Origin: Nitrososphaeraceae archaeon
GTDB lineage: Archaea > Thermoproteota > Nitrososphaeria > Nitrososphaerales > Nitrososphaeraceae
Direction of reading: 5' to 3'
Length of the DNA: 64,000 bases
Assembly (NCBI GenBank): GCA_035250975.1
Contig: DATFEP010000066.1
Coordinates: forward strand, 12,117-76,116
The notes under the pieces were generated by a model that saw nothing but the letters and a program-made list of their open reading frames with translations, made no database searches and was not told where the DNA came from. The position numbers and the translations under genes were made by a program. Shown here one piece after another: positions 53,335-64,000 of this stretch; the stretch's first letter is position 1, and every line of letters begins with the position of its first letter.

Positions 53335-53754
53335 TCTAGTTCAAATTTACATATTTTTTGTGTCTTTTTTTGGAAAAACGGGTTTAAACGATAATAAGGT
53401 AGTAATTAAGGTATAACATCAGAACTGATGACCGACAAGAGACAATTGAAAATTACCTTTGGTAATTACATAAATGCGATAAAAAGGCCAGTAACCAAAG
53501 TATTCCTACTTATCTTCATTTCAATAAATGAATAGACTTTTTCTAAAATGTTTAAAATATTCAGAAATCTAGACTGATATTTATTATCACTCTATTTTTT
53601 ATGGCTTGTGACAGTTTATTTTTATCTCGGTCCTATTATTGATTATTCTAACAAGTAACGAAATATTTAATCAAAATATTATTTAGTTTCCAAAAAATAA
53701 CTATTAATCACCTGCACGTAATATAATAGAATTTTAGTAAAGATTAAATACATC

Positions 53755-54234
53755 TTGGCTAATTCAAAAATAATGTATAACCTTGGTACTATTTTAATAC
53801 CAATTATGACATTACTAATTCTAACGCTCTTATCTAACCCATCAGCAACACCATCGATGGCACAAACAACAAACAATGAAACTAACGAAAAAACCGAAGA
53901 AACTTCCCAACCGGAAAAACCTTTTTTTTTCTTATTTAATTCTGAATTACCTGCCTTTAATGTAACGGAATTTCCACCTGATGTTTTCTCTCAAACAACA
54001 TTAGAAGTCAATGAGGGCGACGAAGTAACTGTATATATGTACAATCAGGAAGCACCAAACGCCGATCGACACTCCTTTACTATAAATGCACCATATAATA
54101 TTAACTTGGACTTGCCACCTGGCAAAAACGGAAACGTAACTATCAACGCAGACCAAGCCGGCATTTATAGGTTTTACTGCGAATACCATGAACCAACTAT
54201 GAGTGGACAATTAATTGTATGGCCTAAAGGATAA
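53755..54234 (+). CDS. Cupredoxin (blue copper) domain protein, secreted
   Basis: RHSFTI..FYCEYHEPTMSG: type-1 Cu ligands H, C, H, M. Confidence 0.9.
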   Translation: MANSKIMYNLGTILIPIMTLLILTLLSNPSATPSMAQTTNNETNEKTEETSQPEKPFFFLFNSELPAFNVTEFPPDVFSQTTLEVNEGDEVTVYMYNQEAPNADRHSFTINAPYNINLDLPPGKNGNVTINADQAGIYRFYCEYHEPTMSGQLIVWPKG

Positions 54235-54475
54235 TTCGCATTCTATACCAGTTAGGAAAAGTTCAATGGCGAAATTATGGATTCTAGACTGAATACTATA
54301 ATAATTGTAGGTATAGCTATGACAATTGGTATATAGGATGTTTAAACGAAATGGTGAAATACACAACTAATAGGCTTTGTCAAAAAGCAATTTTTTTAGA
54401 AAAATAAAATAATAATATTTTTTATTGACAAATACAGAAATATTTTTATAATAATCTTTTAGAATAAAAAACACC

Positions 54476-54736
54476 ATGAAAAATACAAGAATTTTCTTGA
54501 TGTTCGCAGGAATTTTTTCCTTAGGATTACAAGGCTACATCTATACAACAAACAATGCTTTCGCTCAGGGAGAAACAGTAGAAGATTTGGAAAAAATTGC
54601 TGGAGATGAGAACGTGCAAATTATAGAGAATAATACTGCAATTAGCAATCCAAATAACACACTTTTAGATGCTGAGGAAGTTAACATGGAAGAAGAATGT
54701 ATGACTTTGCCAGATGGTAGTAAAGACTGTCCATAA
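54476..54736 (+). CDS. Small secreted acidic protein
   Basis: Signal peptide (AFAQ); C-terminal CMTLPDGSKDC. Confidence 0.7.
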   Translation: MKNTRIFLMFAGIFSLGLQGYIYTTNNAFAQGETVEDLEKIAGDENVQIIENNTAISNPNNTLLDAEEVNMEEECMTLPDGSKDCP

Positions 54737-54927
54737 TTAGAATAAAATTTTTATTTTTTGTCATTTTTTTATAAATCATGAAAATTTTTGATATCAATTT
54801 ATGAAACTAGTTACCTACGCAAGATTAGTCTTTTGGTCACTGAATTATTATTAAAATTATTAAATTGAAAATTTCAATAACAAAAACAGGAGGCTAATGA
54901 TTTAGTGATGGTTCTTAAAAAATACGT

Positions 54928-55242
54928 TTAGTCATCTGTCATTTCTTCGGATGAAATTGGCACTGATGCAAAGATGTCAAGTCCATTTGAAATCTCTTGA
55001 ATATTGTCGGTCACATTAGATAAAATACGTAATGCAGCTTCAGTATCACCGGATTGAATTGCATCAATAGTTTGATTGACATTATTACCAGTACTCTTGA
55101 TTAATTCTGACAATTTCAGATATATACCTGCTTCTGTAGGGTCTTCAAAAAAAGGGTCGTATGCATAAGCGTTATCAAATAAAGAAGCATTGAGAATAGA
55201 TAAGAAAGAAGCAATGATCAAAAGTTTTTCACCTAATTTCAT
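54928..55242 (-). CDS. Small secreted helical protein
   Basis: Signal peptide (AYA); TIDAIQSGDTEAALRIL. Confidence 0.7.
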   Translation of the reverse strand: MKLGEKLLIIASFLSILNASLFDNAYAYDPFFEDPTEAGIYLKLSELIKSTGNNVNQTIDAIQSGDTEAALRILSNVTDNIQEISNGLDIFASVPISSEEMTDD

Positions 55243-55748
55243 AAAATCTGTTCATTCAATAATTATATAAACATTTTTAGAAGTATAATTTGCATTTATA
55301 CTTGTGATATTGCAATATCTGTATGTAACTAATTATTAGAACATTTCTTATTTGATTTAGTAGATATAAAATTATGTAAAACGTCATAATTTAAAATATA
55401 CACCTCACTTAGAGTCTTGATTATGTAAATACAAGAGATTGTTTTATACAATCTAAATATTATACATGTAATGGTTCTAAAATTCAGATTAAAAACATGC
55501 CTATGACAATTATACTATACCCTAGGAATAAAGAGACTATTAACTGGATTGCTTCACAAACTGAGACTGGAACCTCTGTTATAATATGCATTTTGATATC
55601 ATTAACAGAATAAAAAAGATAGGTAATAGAATCGGCTTCTGAAATATTTGCTTAAAAGTGCAAATACATACTAAAATAGAGTCTTTTGATATATTAAAAG
55701 ACTAAGATAAAGAAAATTTATATAATTTATGTTATAATTAACTATTAG

Positions 55749-56156
55749 ATGCTTTTACCTGCAGAAATTGAAGCAAAGTCACTCATTCCAGCGATTAGAG
55801 CTATTCTTGCCAAAAAATTAATCACTGAATACAAGATGAAAGAAGAAGTTATTGCTAAGGTGTTAGGAGTAACCCAAGCAGCAATAAGCAACTACATTAG
55901 GGGAACAAGAGGTGACTTAGAACTGATAGATAAATTATCTGCTATTCACGAAATAATGAGAAAGGTAGATGATATCGCCCAAGATTTGGTATCAAATAGA
56001 GCATATACTCCAGGTACAATGGCAAAATTCGTAGAGCTTTGTAATTTTATGAGATATTCTTTTATTATTTGCGATGTTCATCACAAGATAGAATCAAATA
56101 TAGATGAACAGGTATGCGAGCTATGTAAAGATAATTTAATTGGAAGCAAGTTTTAA
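55749..56156 (+). CDS. Archaeal HTH transcriptional regulator (COG2522-like)
   Basis: LIPAIRAILAK, IAKVLGVTQAAISNY..RG, CDVHH..CELC. Confidence 0.85.
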   Translation: MLLPAEIEAKSLIPAIRAILAKKLITEYKMKEEVIAKVLGVTQAAISNYIRGTRGDLELIDKLSAIHEIMRKVDDIAQDLVSNRAYTPGTMAKFVELCNFMRYSFIICDVHHKIESNIDEQVCELCKDNLIGSKF

Positions 56157-56198
56157 TTGATAAATTTTAAAATAATGAAAAATAAAATTTAAGTAAAA

Positions 56199-57488
56199 TT
56201 ATCTTACCATTTTGATTGCTATATCCAATACTTGGGATCCCATTAATGTACCTAGATTTCCTTTTTTAGCAAAAAATTCAGTGAATCTCTTGCTGCCATC
56301 TTTTGGAATTTGGTTACCAGATATCAGGAAGGGCACAGGGTCATCACTATGGCTTTTTTTAACACAAGGAGTTGAATGGTCTCCGGAAACCATGATAACT
56401 GCGTCATCGACATTCAATTCAGCAATTAAAGTTCCAAAGAAATTTTCATCAATTTTTTCTATGTTCTTTTGTTTTCCAATAGCGTCACCATCGTGACCAA
56501 ACTCATCGGGTCCCTTTATGTGTACATATACCACATTATACCTTTTCAATTTCTCAGCAGTGACCTTTGCTTTAGTAATATAGTCATTGACATTGCCTGC
56601 AGGAATTGAATCCATTTTTAATATTTTTGATATTCCTATTTCAACTGGCATATCAACAATAGATGCAACATCGAGATCATATTTCTTATTTATAGGCACA
56701 TAATCTGGCAATTCATTACCTGCATCTCTTACTAAAATACAATTCATAGGGTTCAAATTTCTTTGGATTCTAGAAAGATTTATGGGATGGTTTTTTGTTA
56801 AGGAAATAACTTGGTTTGTAAAATCATTAACCAGATCTGCTGAAATTCTCGAGGATGCATCATTATTTTGTGGCTCAGATTTTAGAACATGCATCTGTTC
56901 AATATCTGTTTTTGCAATTCCGATACCATTTACTTTATCATAGGCAGGATCGGTATTAGTTATTTGATCAGAAAGTTTTGTCTTTTTATGCCTAAATCTT
57001 ATGGTAACTCTATGAGCAATGGTAGGAACTACAACAACGGAAGCATCTGGATCCTGAAAAGAAATTTTTTTGTTAAGTATTTCACAGACCGATCTGGCTT
57101 CATCGTCTGTTATAATACGCCCTGCACGTCTATCTACAATTTTTAACCCGTTGTCAACTGTTGCAAAATTCCCTCTTAATGCTAAATCTCCTTTCTGAAA
57201 ATCTAGACCACATCCAATAGATTCTACAACTCCTCGCCCGACATAAGGAGTATCCCTAAAATTATACCCTAACATGTTAAATACTGCTATGTCTGATTGA
57301 GGAGCTATTCCCTTACCCACAGTAATTACTTGCCCCATACTACCATTACTTGCAATCTTATCTAGATTAGGAGTATATGCTGCAGCCAGCGGAGTCAAGT
57401 TATCAAGAGATTCATGTGGAAGATCGCCAATTCCATCCAAAATTACGTAGATGATTCTAACTGAATTCTTGCTATTTTTTCCTTTCAC
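56199..57488 (-). CDS. apgM: 2,3-bisphosphoglycerate-independent phosphoglycerate mutase, archaeal type
   Basis: LDGIGD, TPNLD, RGNFAT, DRRAGR, HIKGPDEFGHDG, GDHSTP. Confidence 0.92.
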   Translation of the reverse strand: MKGKNSKNSVRIIYVILDGIGDLPHESLDNLTPLAAAYTPNLDKIASNGSMGQVITVGKGIAPQSDIAVFNMLGYNFRDTPYVGRGVVESIGCGLDFQKGDLALRGNFATVDNGLKIVDRRAGRIITDDEARSVCEILNKKISFQDPDASVVVVPTIAHRVTIRFRHKKTKLSDQITNTDPAYDKVNGIGIAKTDIEQMHVLKSEPQNNDASSRISADLVNDFTNQVISLTKNHPINLSRIQRNLNPMNCILVRDAGNELPDYVPINKKYDLDVASIVDMPVEIGISKILKMDSIPAGNVNDYITKAKVTAEKLKRYNVVYVHIKGPDEFGHDGDAIGKQKNIEKIDENFFGTLIAELNVDDAVIMVSGDHSTPCVKKSHSDDPVPFLISGNQIPKDGSKRFTEFFAKKGNLGTLMGSQVLDIAIKMVR

Positions 57489-57565
57489 AAGGAAAAAGAT
57501 ATTTTAACTAAATTTATTTTTATTTAATAAAAAAATAAAATTATAGCTAAAAAAGGTATTTATAA

Positions 57566-57784
57566 TTAAGTTTTGTCTTTCGTTCCACCCTTTTTCCAAA
57601 CTTGTATTTGTCCTCCATAGACCTCATCGGCATATACAAATGAAGGAATTTGAGCATAATATCCTTCTCTACCAGTACTAAAAGTCTTTCTAACTAGGGG
57701 AATTTCATAATTTTTTCCATCAGGCATCAATAAAGTCGCGATAGCGAACTTTCTTTCTTTGGTACCTTCGAGATCTTCTGTCAT
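57566..57784 (-). CDS. Small conserved hypothetical protein
   Basis: 72 aa; RKTFSTGREGYYAQ..GGQIQVW. Confidence 0.7.
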   Translation of the reverse strand: MTEDLEGTKERKFAIATLLMPDGKNYEIPLVRKTFSTGREGYYAQIPSFVYADEVYGGQIQVWKKGGTKDKT

Positions 57785-58463
57785 ACTAATTATCTTATTG
57801 ACATGCTGAAATATAAAAATAATATTAATCAGAAGAATCTTAATGTTATAGTTAATGTAAAAAATGCGAGAAAATTAATTGTTTATTACTAGATTTAAAA
57901 TGAATTTGTAATCAGAAGATTTGATTGCTCCGTTCAAGTTATGTATCAAAGATAGTTAATATTCAGGATTGTTTGGATCACGAAATGTTGAATGCATCAA
58001 AATTATATATCTATATAAATTTTAAAAGTAATAAAAAGATAGAAGACTAGATCCTTTCATTAATCCGTTTTTATCTAATCTATTTAAATGATAAATATAA
58101 TATAATATAATATCTTACGATCGTCAAATGAAAATTTTTATTGTATTTTTGTTTTGTGTTATAATATTATCTTTCACTCACACCAAACAAACACATTTCC
58201 TTATACCAATCTTTAATAAAATCAAACCAAGATAAAGAGAGAGCAAAATTGAATAAAGTAAACTAGAATGATTTTATTAAGAAAAGAATTCTATTCGGAT
58301 TTCGGTGATAATCAAAAAAGTAATTGATATTTAATCCCCCAAATAACTTGATAGAACAATACCAAAGTCTCAAATTCTAGTAGATTAAATGTCATGCTAT
58401 TGAATTTTATAAAATTGCATGATTTAAAACAATTTTATATATTACAGATATGAAATCAATTAG

Positions 58464-59357
58464 ATGGATTTTTTAGAATGCTATAGAAAAGCTGGAAAGA
58501 TAGCGAGTACAGTTAGGGAGAACGCTAGGGAGAAAAACCATATTGGATCAACTATGTTTAAAATCTGTGAAGAAATAGAAGTAGAAATAAGGAAGAAAGG
58601 AGCAGAGCCGGCATTTCCAGTCAATGTTAGTCTAAATGAAATTGCGGCACATTATACGGCAGAACCCAACGACCCCACTCCGATAAAAGATGGTGACATT
58701 TTAAAAATAGACATAGGAGTTCATGTTGATGGATATATAGCTGATACTGCTGTAACTGTTTGTTACAATCCAGAATTTGATTCTTTGGTAAGATCCTCAG
58801 AAATCGCATTAAATGAGGCGTTGAAAATATCCAAAACTGGTGTTAGATCGTCTGATATTGGAAAGGTAATCGAAAGTAGTATTATAAAAGGTGGATTTAT
58901 ACCTATAAAGAACTTGAGTGGTCACTCATTAGAACAATACACAATTCATGCTGGAAAATCAATTCCCAATATTGACACATTTGGTTCTTTTCGATTAGAG
59001 ACTAACCACATCTATGCAATAGAGCCCTTTGTAACCGTCAAGAATGGATTAGGGATAGTACATGAAGGAAAAATCGCAAATATTTTTGCAATAGTGTCAA
59101 GAAAACCTACAAAAGAGAAGGAGACGGACGAGTTCTTGAACGAATTATGGAATAGATTTAGATCATTGCCTTTTGCGTTGAGGTGGTTACTTGATTCTCA
59201 TGAAGAGAAGAAAGCAAGAGAGTTACTGGAAAAACTGAAAAAAAGAAAAAATGTTCATGCATACCCAGTTTTAATAGAGGGTAAAGGAATGATAGTGGCC
59301 CAATCTGAACACACCATAATACCTATTGAGAATATCGTTGAAGTCATTACTGCATGA
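58464..59357 (+). CDS. map: Methionine aminopeptidase type II
   Basis: AFPVN, AAHYT, DIGVHVDGYIADTA, GHS, IHAG, AIEPF, QSEHT. Confidence 0.96.
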   Translation: MDFLECYRKAGKIASTVRENAREKNHIGSTMFKICEEIEVEIRKKGAEPAFPVNVSLNEIAAHYTAEPNDPTPIKDGDILKIDIGVHVDGYIADTAVTVCYNPEFDSLVRSSEIALNEALKISKTGVRSSDIGKVIESSIIKGGFIPIKNLSGHSLEQYTIHAGKSIPNIDTFGSFRLETNHIYAIEPFVTVKNGLGIVHEGKIANIFAIVSRKPTKEKETDEFLNELWNRFRSLPFALRWLLDSHEEKKARELLEKLKKRKNVHAYPVLIEGKGMIVAQSEHTIIPIENIVEVITA

Positions 59358-59452
59358 TTCTTTAGTCTAATTTTAAAACTACAATAGTTTAAAAGAAAAC
59401 TTCCGAAACTTAAAATTATATACTAAAAAAATATTATTTAATTGTAAAATAA

Positions 59453-59526
59453 GGGGTCGTTGTCTAGCTTGGTATGATGCCAGCCTTGGGCGCTGGAGTT
59501 CGCCGGTTCAAATCCGGCCGACCCCA
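59453..59526 (+). tRNA. tRNA-Pro (anticodon TGG), intronless, CCA not encoded
   Basis: Acceptor stem GGGGTCG/CGACCCC; anticodon arm CCAGC-CTTGGGC-GCTGG; T arm GCCGG-TTCAAAT-CCGGC. Confidence 0.96.
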
Positions 59527-59888
59527 TTGATTCTTTGGATGAAAGCAAATTCGAACTTTTTTTGATAAATAATATGAAGAACGTAGTATATGTACCTAAT
59601 ACTTAGTAACAAATAATTAGTGATTATGATCTCATACCATATCTTTAATATGTCTCCCCTAATGAATGCAAATTTGCTTCTGCTAAAAGTGGTAGAAGTA
59701 CTACCGTATAAAGCAGAAAAAGATTAGACGAAACTTGTGATCGGTAAAGTCCTTAATTTAAAACACGTGAATAAGTCATACATTATTATAACAACAAAAA
59801 ATTGATTTTACTTTGGAATTCCTCGAATCCGTCAACCGTGTACAATAAAAAAAACCTAACACATCTTGTGGGTCGACTGAAATAGAGT

Positions 59889-59982
59889 AAGACTTAAGAG
59901 ATGTCTTATTTTAAATATCCATACAAAGCAGGTTTATTGATTATTGCAGAGAGACAGAATTTATTTAATAATAGACATTTTA
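59889..59982. repeat. 94-bp direct repeat, copy 1 (promoter plus first 13 codons of the wHTH gene)
   Basis: Identical to 61320-61413 except for one A/G difference. Confidence 0.93.
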
Positions 59983-60216
59983 ACAAAATTAACTGAATAT
60001 GGAGAAATAAACCAATCATCTCTTTTACTTTATTGTAGATTAAATTTAACTAAACATAAAGAAATTTTTGATGAGTTAGAGGAAAATAAATTTATTGAAA
60101 GAACAGAGTCTTTTTTAGGAAAAAAGCTCATTATCACTTATAAAATAACTATAGAAGGACTAGAATTTTACAAGAAAATCTTAGAACCATATGAAAAATT
60201 TTTCCCAAGAAGATAA
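59944..60216 (+). CDS. Winged-helix transcriptional regulator
   Basis: RDRIYLIIDIL..CRLN..ELEENKFI..YKITIEG. Confidence 0.85.
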   Translation: MQRDRIYLIIDILTKLTEYGEINQSSLLLYCRLNLTKHKEIFDELEENKFIERTESFLGKKLIITYKITIEGLEFYKKILEPYEKFFPRR

Positions 60217-60258
60217 CTCCGAATAAGATAATTATAAAGGGCGAAGATTAATCAAAAC

Positions 60259-60654
60259 TCATGATTGTTGTTCTTTTCCATCGACATCGTCTATTTCCAT
60301 TTTGAATTTTTTTGCTATGTATTTATTGAGATCATCTTTATCCTTTTTGAATGATTTGTATTTCTTGTGCCATGAACCTATTTGCCTAAATTGTAAAATT
60401 CCAGTGACAAATACTATTGATGATATTATTATAACAGAAGACAGTAAAACAACTAGCCCTAATCCAAATTGACTTTCTGATTCTAAAATCCTGAAGAACG
60501 ATGGATGACTAAATAAGAATATTGCCAGCGAAATTGCAATAGGGGTAAGAATAACTGATGAAATTGAAACTCCTATAAGGAATTTTCTTATTCTATCTAT
60601 TTGTTCAATAAAACTATCTAAAAGGGTTAGTATATTAGTTCTGTCAGGATCCAT
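60259..60654 (-). CDS. Two-TM membrane protein
   Basis: Two hydrophobic helices with a charged C-terminal tail; convergent with the wHTH gene. Confidence 0.75.
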   Translation of the reverse strand: MDPDRTNILTLLDSFIEQIDRIRKFLIGVSISSVILTPIAISLAIFLFSHPSFFRILESESQFGLGLVVLLSSVIIISSIVFVTGILQFRQIGSWHKKYKSFKKDKDDLNKYIAKKFKMEIDDVDGKEQQS

Positions 60655-60717
60655 CTACAAATCACTTTTATTGTTATTGTTCAATATTTATCTGTCTTTT
60701 TGTTTTATTTACTATAT

Positions 60718-61236
60718 TTATGTATGTACTATGATTTTACCTTTCATTTCTGGATGAATACTACAATAATAATCAAATGTTCCACTTTTGTTTGCACTGA
60801 AAGTTACAGTTTGAGTCTGGAAATATCCTAAATCTCTTGTATGAACGTTAAATTCATCTATGTTTAGATTATGTTTAGAATGTTTCACTGAATCTTCATT
60901 AATTAGATGAATTGATAATGAATTACCTTGATTAAGAGTAATTGTAGGATTATGACCAAATCCTCCACCTTTGCTTCCTGCACCACTATTTAATGATTTA
61001 GCCGTCCCTGTAGATTGACTGGTAAATAAGTAGCCTGTATTTTGGGAATACATCGCTTTAAGGAAAATGTTTCTGGGTGGAGAGGATAAAAAAATGCCAT
61101 TGGAAGTCTTCAAGGAATTTATCCCTCCATAAATGATTAAACCTCCTATAGTAAATAGAATTCCTAAAATAATAATTCTTTTTCTAGATAAATTTATAGT
61201 ATTTTTTTGATTAATTGTCTTATTTCTTTTATTCAT
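60718..61236 (-). CDS. Membrane-anchored cupredoxin
   Basis: N-terminal TM; KHNLNI..YYCSIHPEMKG. Confidence 0.9.
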   Translation of the reverse strand: MNKRNKTINQKNTINLSRKRIIILGILFTIGGLIIYGGINSLKTSNGIFLSSPPRNIFLKAMYSQNTGYLFTSQSTGTAKSLNSGAGSKGGGFGHNPTITLNQGNSLSIHLINEDSVKHSKHNLNIDEFNVHTRDLGYFQTQTVTFSANKSGTFDYYCSIHPEMKGKIIVHT

Positions 61237-61319
61237 AAAAATGAAATAATTGTGTTATGTATTTAAGGAAGAGTGAACAATGTTAATAGATATTTATTAT
61301 ATTTTTATGCATTAGTTAA

Positions 61320-61413
61320 AAGACTTAAGAGATGTCTTATTTTAAATATCCATACAAAGCAGGTTTATTGATTATTGCAGAGAGACAGAATTTATTTAAT
61401 GATAGACATTTTA
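61320..61413. repeat. 94-bp direct repeat, copy 2
   Basis: Matches 59889-59982 at an offset of 1431 bp. Confidence 0.93.
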
Positions 61414-61634
61414 TAGATTTGCGGAGAATAAGATCCCATTATATCATTATTTATATTAACCCGCTCGTCTGAGTTTAACGAATATACAAATTGAAAAGTT
61501 GATTGATATAAAAAGACAGCTGTAAATATCCAGATAATTAGCTTAACTACTGATGACATAGAAATCATTGAGTTGTTATATACATTGATTATATTTTTCT
61601 TTCCTATCATTTTTCCCTTAAATATCCTGTTCAT
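61392..61634 (-). pseudogene. Possible truncated secreted protein ending inside repeat copy 2
   Basis: Signal-like hydrophobic segment; last codons come from the repeat. Confidence 0.35.
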
Positions 61635-61985
61635 TATAATATATCAGCAGGTTCATAATATGTAAAAGATTGTTATACAATAAGAGATGCCATATCTGTT
61701 CAACGTTTTATTAAGATATCATCTCATAATATTTATCAAGATTTTCAAAGGATTCTATTCCAATATTAACTTAGTTAAGTTATACTTAAATTTGTTCTTA
61801 ATTTTGTTTCTGGCGGTTTCAGACACAAGAATCTGATATTTTGCTGGTACTTTTTCTAATAGTATATGTCAAATTTGAAGATCGTCAACCTCTCCGATCA
61901 CCAGCATTAATTCTTTTATCATAGAAAGATCGGTTAACTTAATTGACTCATACTTATATTTAACAAATAATATATTTTATTAAAC

Positions 61986-63263
61986 ATGGAAACGAAATGT
62001 ATTTCTGGAATTAATCTAAGGACAGATAATCAACTTACAAAAAAAAATAAACCACATTATGAAAATTACATGCAATCAGTTATTCCTATTGAAAAAAATG
62101 CCTTAGAAATAGATTATTCAAGTTTCGACTCAAGTACCAGGATCAACTCGATAAATTCTATTCGGGAAAAAGAATTAGGTAAAGAAACGGTCCTTATAAT
62201 GCAAGGAGGAGGATCGCTAGGTGCTTATGAATGTGGTGTGTACAAAGTTTTAGAAAAACATAATATAAAATTTGACATACTAGCTGGTACGTCTATTGGT
62301 GCTATCAATGCCTCAATTATAGCCGCAACAAAGACTGATACTCCAGCACTTGCACTGGAAGATTTTTGGTATTCATTAGCAGAAAACTCGACATCATCAT
62401 ATTTTTCAGGCGAACTGCGGTGTTATTATTCATCCATGTACGCAGCAATTTTTGGCAATCCGAACGTCTTCATCCCGATATGGCTCAAACCATTTTCATA
62501 CTATTCTTATATAAATTCAAATTATATTTATGATCTTACTCCATTAAAAAACAAAATCACTGAATACATAGATTTTGAGAAAATTACAACAGATTCTAGT
62601 CCACGACTGATCCTAACGGCCACTGATATCCAAAAAGGTGAATTGATAAAATTTGATAGCAACAAGGATATAATTGATCTGAATACTATCCTTGGATGTG
62701 CTGGTTTTCCTTTCTACGGGATTAAATGGACAAGAAAAGATGACAAGTACCTTTGGGACGGCGCACTTGAAAGTAATACACCATTAAAAGCAATATTGGA
62801 TTCTTCGCCCAAAATCAATAAACTCGTATACATGATTAATTTATTTCCTCGGGTTCAGTCCGAACTACCAAAAAACATGTTAGAAGTTTGGCATAGAGCA
62901 CGAGATATTATATATAGTGACAAAACTCGGGCAAATGTTGAGATTTATAAATCTATTTCAGAGTATATTTTTCTCTTAAAGGAAATGAATGAGATAATAT
63001 CAAATAATGAGTCTCGCCTGGACTTTGAAGCAAAATTCAAATTCAAAGAAATACAAAAATTGTACGATAAACTAGCAGTTGAGAGGGGTGCAATATTAGA
63101 AAAAATAATTCGAATAGAACGAACAGAAAGAATTCACTTCCTTTTTGAAGATGTAGATTTTTCTTTAAAGACGATAAAAAAACTAATAAAACAGGGAGAA
63201 CAAGATGCAGAATTAGAAATATCTAAACAAAAATGTGAAAAGCCACTCTTGCTAACCCAGTAA
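61986..63263 (+). CDS. Patatin-like phospholipase
   Basis: QGGGSLGAY, GTSIG (GxSxG), WDG. Confidence 0.9.
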   Translation: METKCISGINLRTDNQLTKKNKPHYENYMQSVIPIEKNALEIDYSSFDSSTRINSINSIREKELGKETVLIMQGGGSLGAYECGVYKVLEKHNIKFDILAGTSIGAINASIIAATKTDTPALALEDFWYSLAENSTSSYFSGELRCYYSSMYAAIFGNPNVFIPIWLKPFSYYSYINSNYIYDLTPLKNKITEYIDFEKITTDSSPRLILTATDIQKGELIKFDSNKDIIDLNTILGCAGFPFYGIKWTRKDDKYLWDGALESNTPLKAILDSSPKINKLVYMINLFPRVQSELPKNMLEVWHRARDIIYSDKTRANVEIYKSISEYIFLLKEMNEIISNNESRLDFEAKFKFKEIQKLYDKLAVERGAILEKIIRIERTERIHFLFEDVDFSLKTIKKLIKQGEQDAELEISKQKCEKPLLLTQ

Positions 63264-63850
63264 TGGAATCCAATTATTCAGATAAATAAAATATAAAAAG
63301 TATAATGAATTACTTTATCTTTATCTATAGATAGAATTTGTATGGATCGGTCATGTTAGTATGATTATAGATTTGTACATAACTATCAGGCTTACACATA
63401 ACATCAACTTCTATTTGTTCAGATAATTTCATAAAATGTATTTCGTGCAGCAATAAATTATAAATTGCCTGTCCAAATATTCTAAATCCTCGTCCAATTG
63501 TTGTAGACCTAATGGCATGAACATCGATTACAAATAGAGATAACAAATGAAATATTATATCAAAGGAGATTTTTAATGTAATCAAATAAGTATATGCGTA
63601 ATCACTAAAAACATATTCGCAGGGTTTACATGAATACATTTTATATCTAAAAAAATAAGTTACATATCTATGATTACATCTTGGATATTCTTTTTCCATG
63701 TTACCTAGCATGCAAAAATATAATCTACTTTTCTGGCTATCTGTAATCAAAGTCAAAGGATTGTTCTCATGTACATATCGCGCAAAAAGTAACAATCATT
63801 ATTATGAACTTTTTATTTCAAATGTTTTAAGTATTACCTAAAACAAAAAA

Positions 63851-64000
63851 TTACTTTATAAAAATTTTGTACTTGTATACTTCATTTGTATCGATACTCA
63901 AGAAAACTTCTCTGCCATTACATAAATCAATGAATTGAATAGGAAATTTGAAGATTCGTTTGCCCTGGACAGTGATGTATCCACTATCTGTCGCTATCAC
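63851..64000 (-). CDS. Possible 3' end of a gene entering from beyond the window
   Basis: Open frame ..VIATDSGYITVQGKRIFKFPIQFIDLCNGREVFLSIDTNEVYKYKIFIK*. Confidence 0.35.
   Translation of the reverse strand: MIATDSGYITVQGKRIFKFPIQFIDLCNGREVFLSIDTNEVYKYKIFIK

Noticed and set aside
4688-58809. Many antisense or overlapping track ORFs (e.g. 5629-6114, 8970-9338, 27056-27466, 41103-41612, 46179-46718)
   Set aside because: They lie opposite or inside well-supported genes and show no recognisable motifs.
63325-63795. 156-aa minus-strand ORF
   Set aside because: Atypical composition and no motif; at most a decayed gene.
59527-64000. Integrated element at tRNA-Pro
   Set aside because: I saw no integrase and no duplicated tRNA end (att site) in the window.

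Overview
AT-rich archaeal chromosome segment. Gene content (aCPSF1, aIF5A, Dim2/Pno1, ThiDN, CofE, F420-type LLM oxidoreductase, cupredoxins, C2H2 zinc finger, folate-dependent purine genes) fits an ammonia-oxidising archaeon of the Nitrososphaeraceae, e.g. Nitrosocosmicus-like; this assignment is inference. Most of the window is housekeeping: serB, cofE, tusA-cysteine synthase, trxB, thi4, thiDN, ubiX, pyrF, purA, carAB, folD, purD, purN, pit, apgM, map and one tRNA-Pro(TGG). Accessory patches lie at about 23.9-30.8, 41.7-43.9, 51-55.3 and 59.5-64 kb. Top finding: carB is interrupted between Glu25 and Phe26 by a 23-nt insertion (34557-34579) that adds a stop codon and a frameshift. It folds into a bulge-helix-bulge/loop-like structure whose predicted tRNA-splicing-endonuclease cuts restore the exact CarB frame, making it a candidate archaeal mRNA intron. 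Other findings: probable ATT starts for carA/carB, decayed HTH(-coiled-coil) genes preceded by helically phased repeat arrays, a repeated wHTH plus 2-TM module, a 94-bp direct repeat bracketing a cupredoxin cassette, and unannotated small ORFs.
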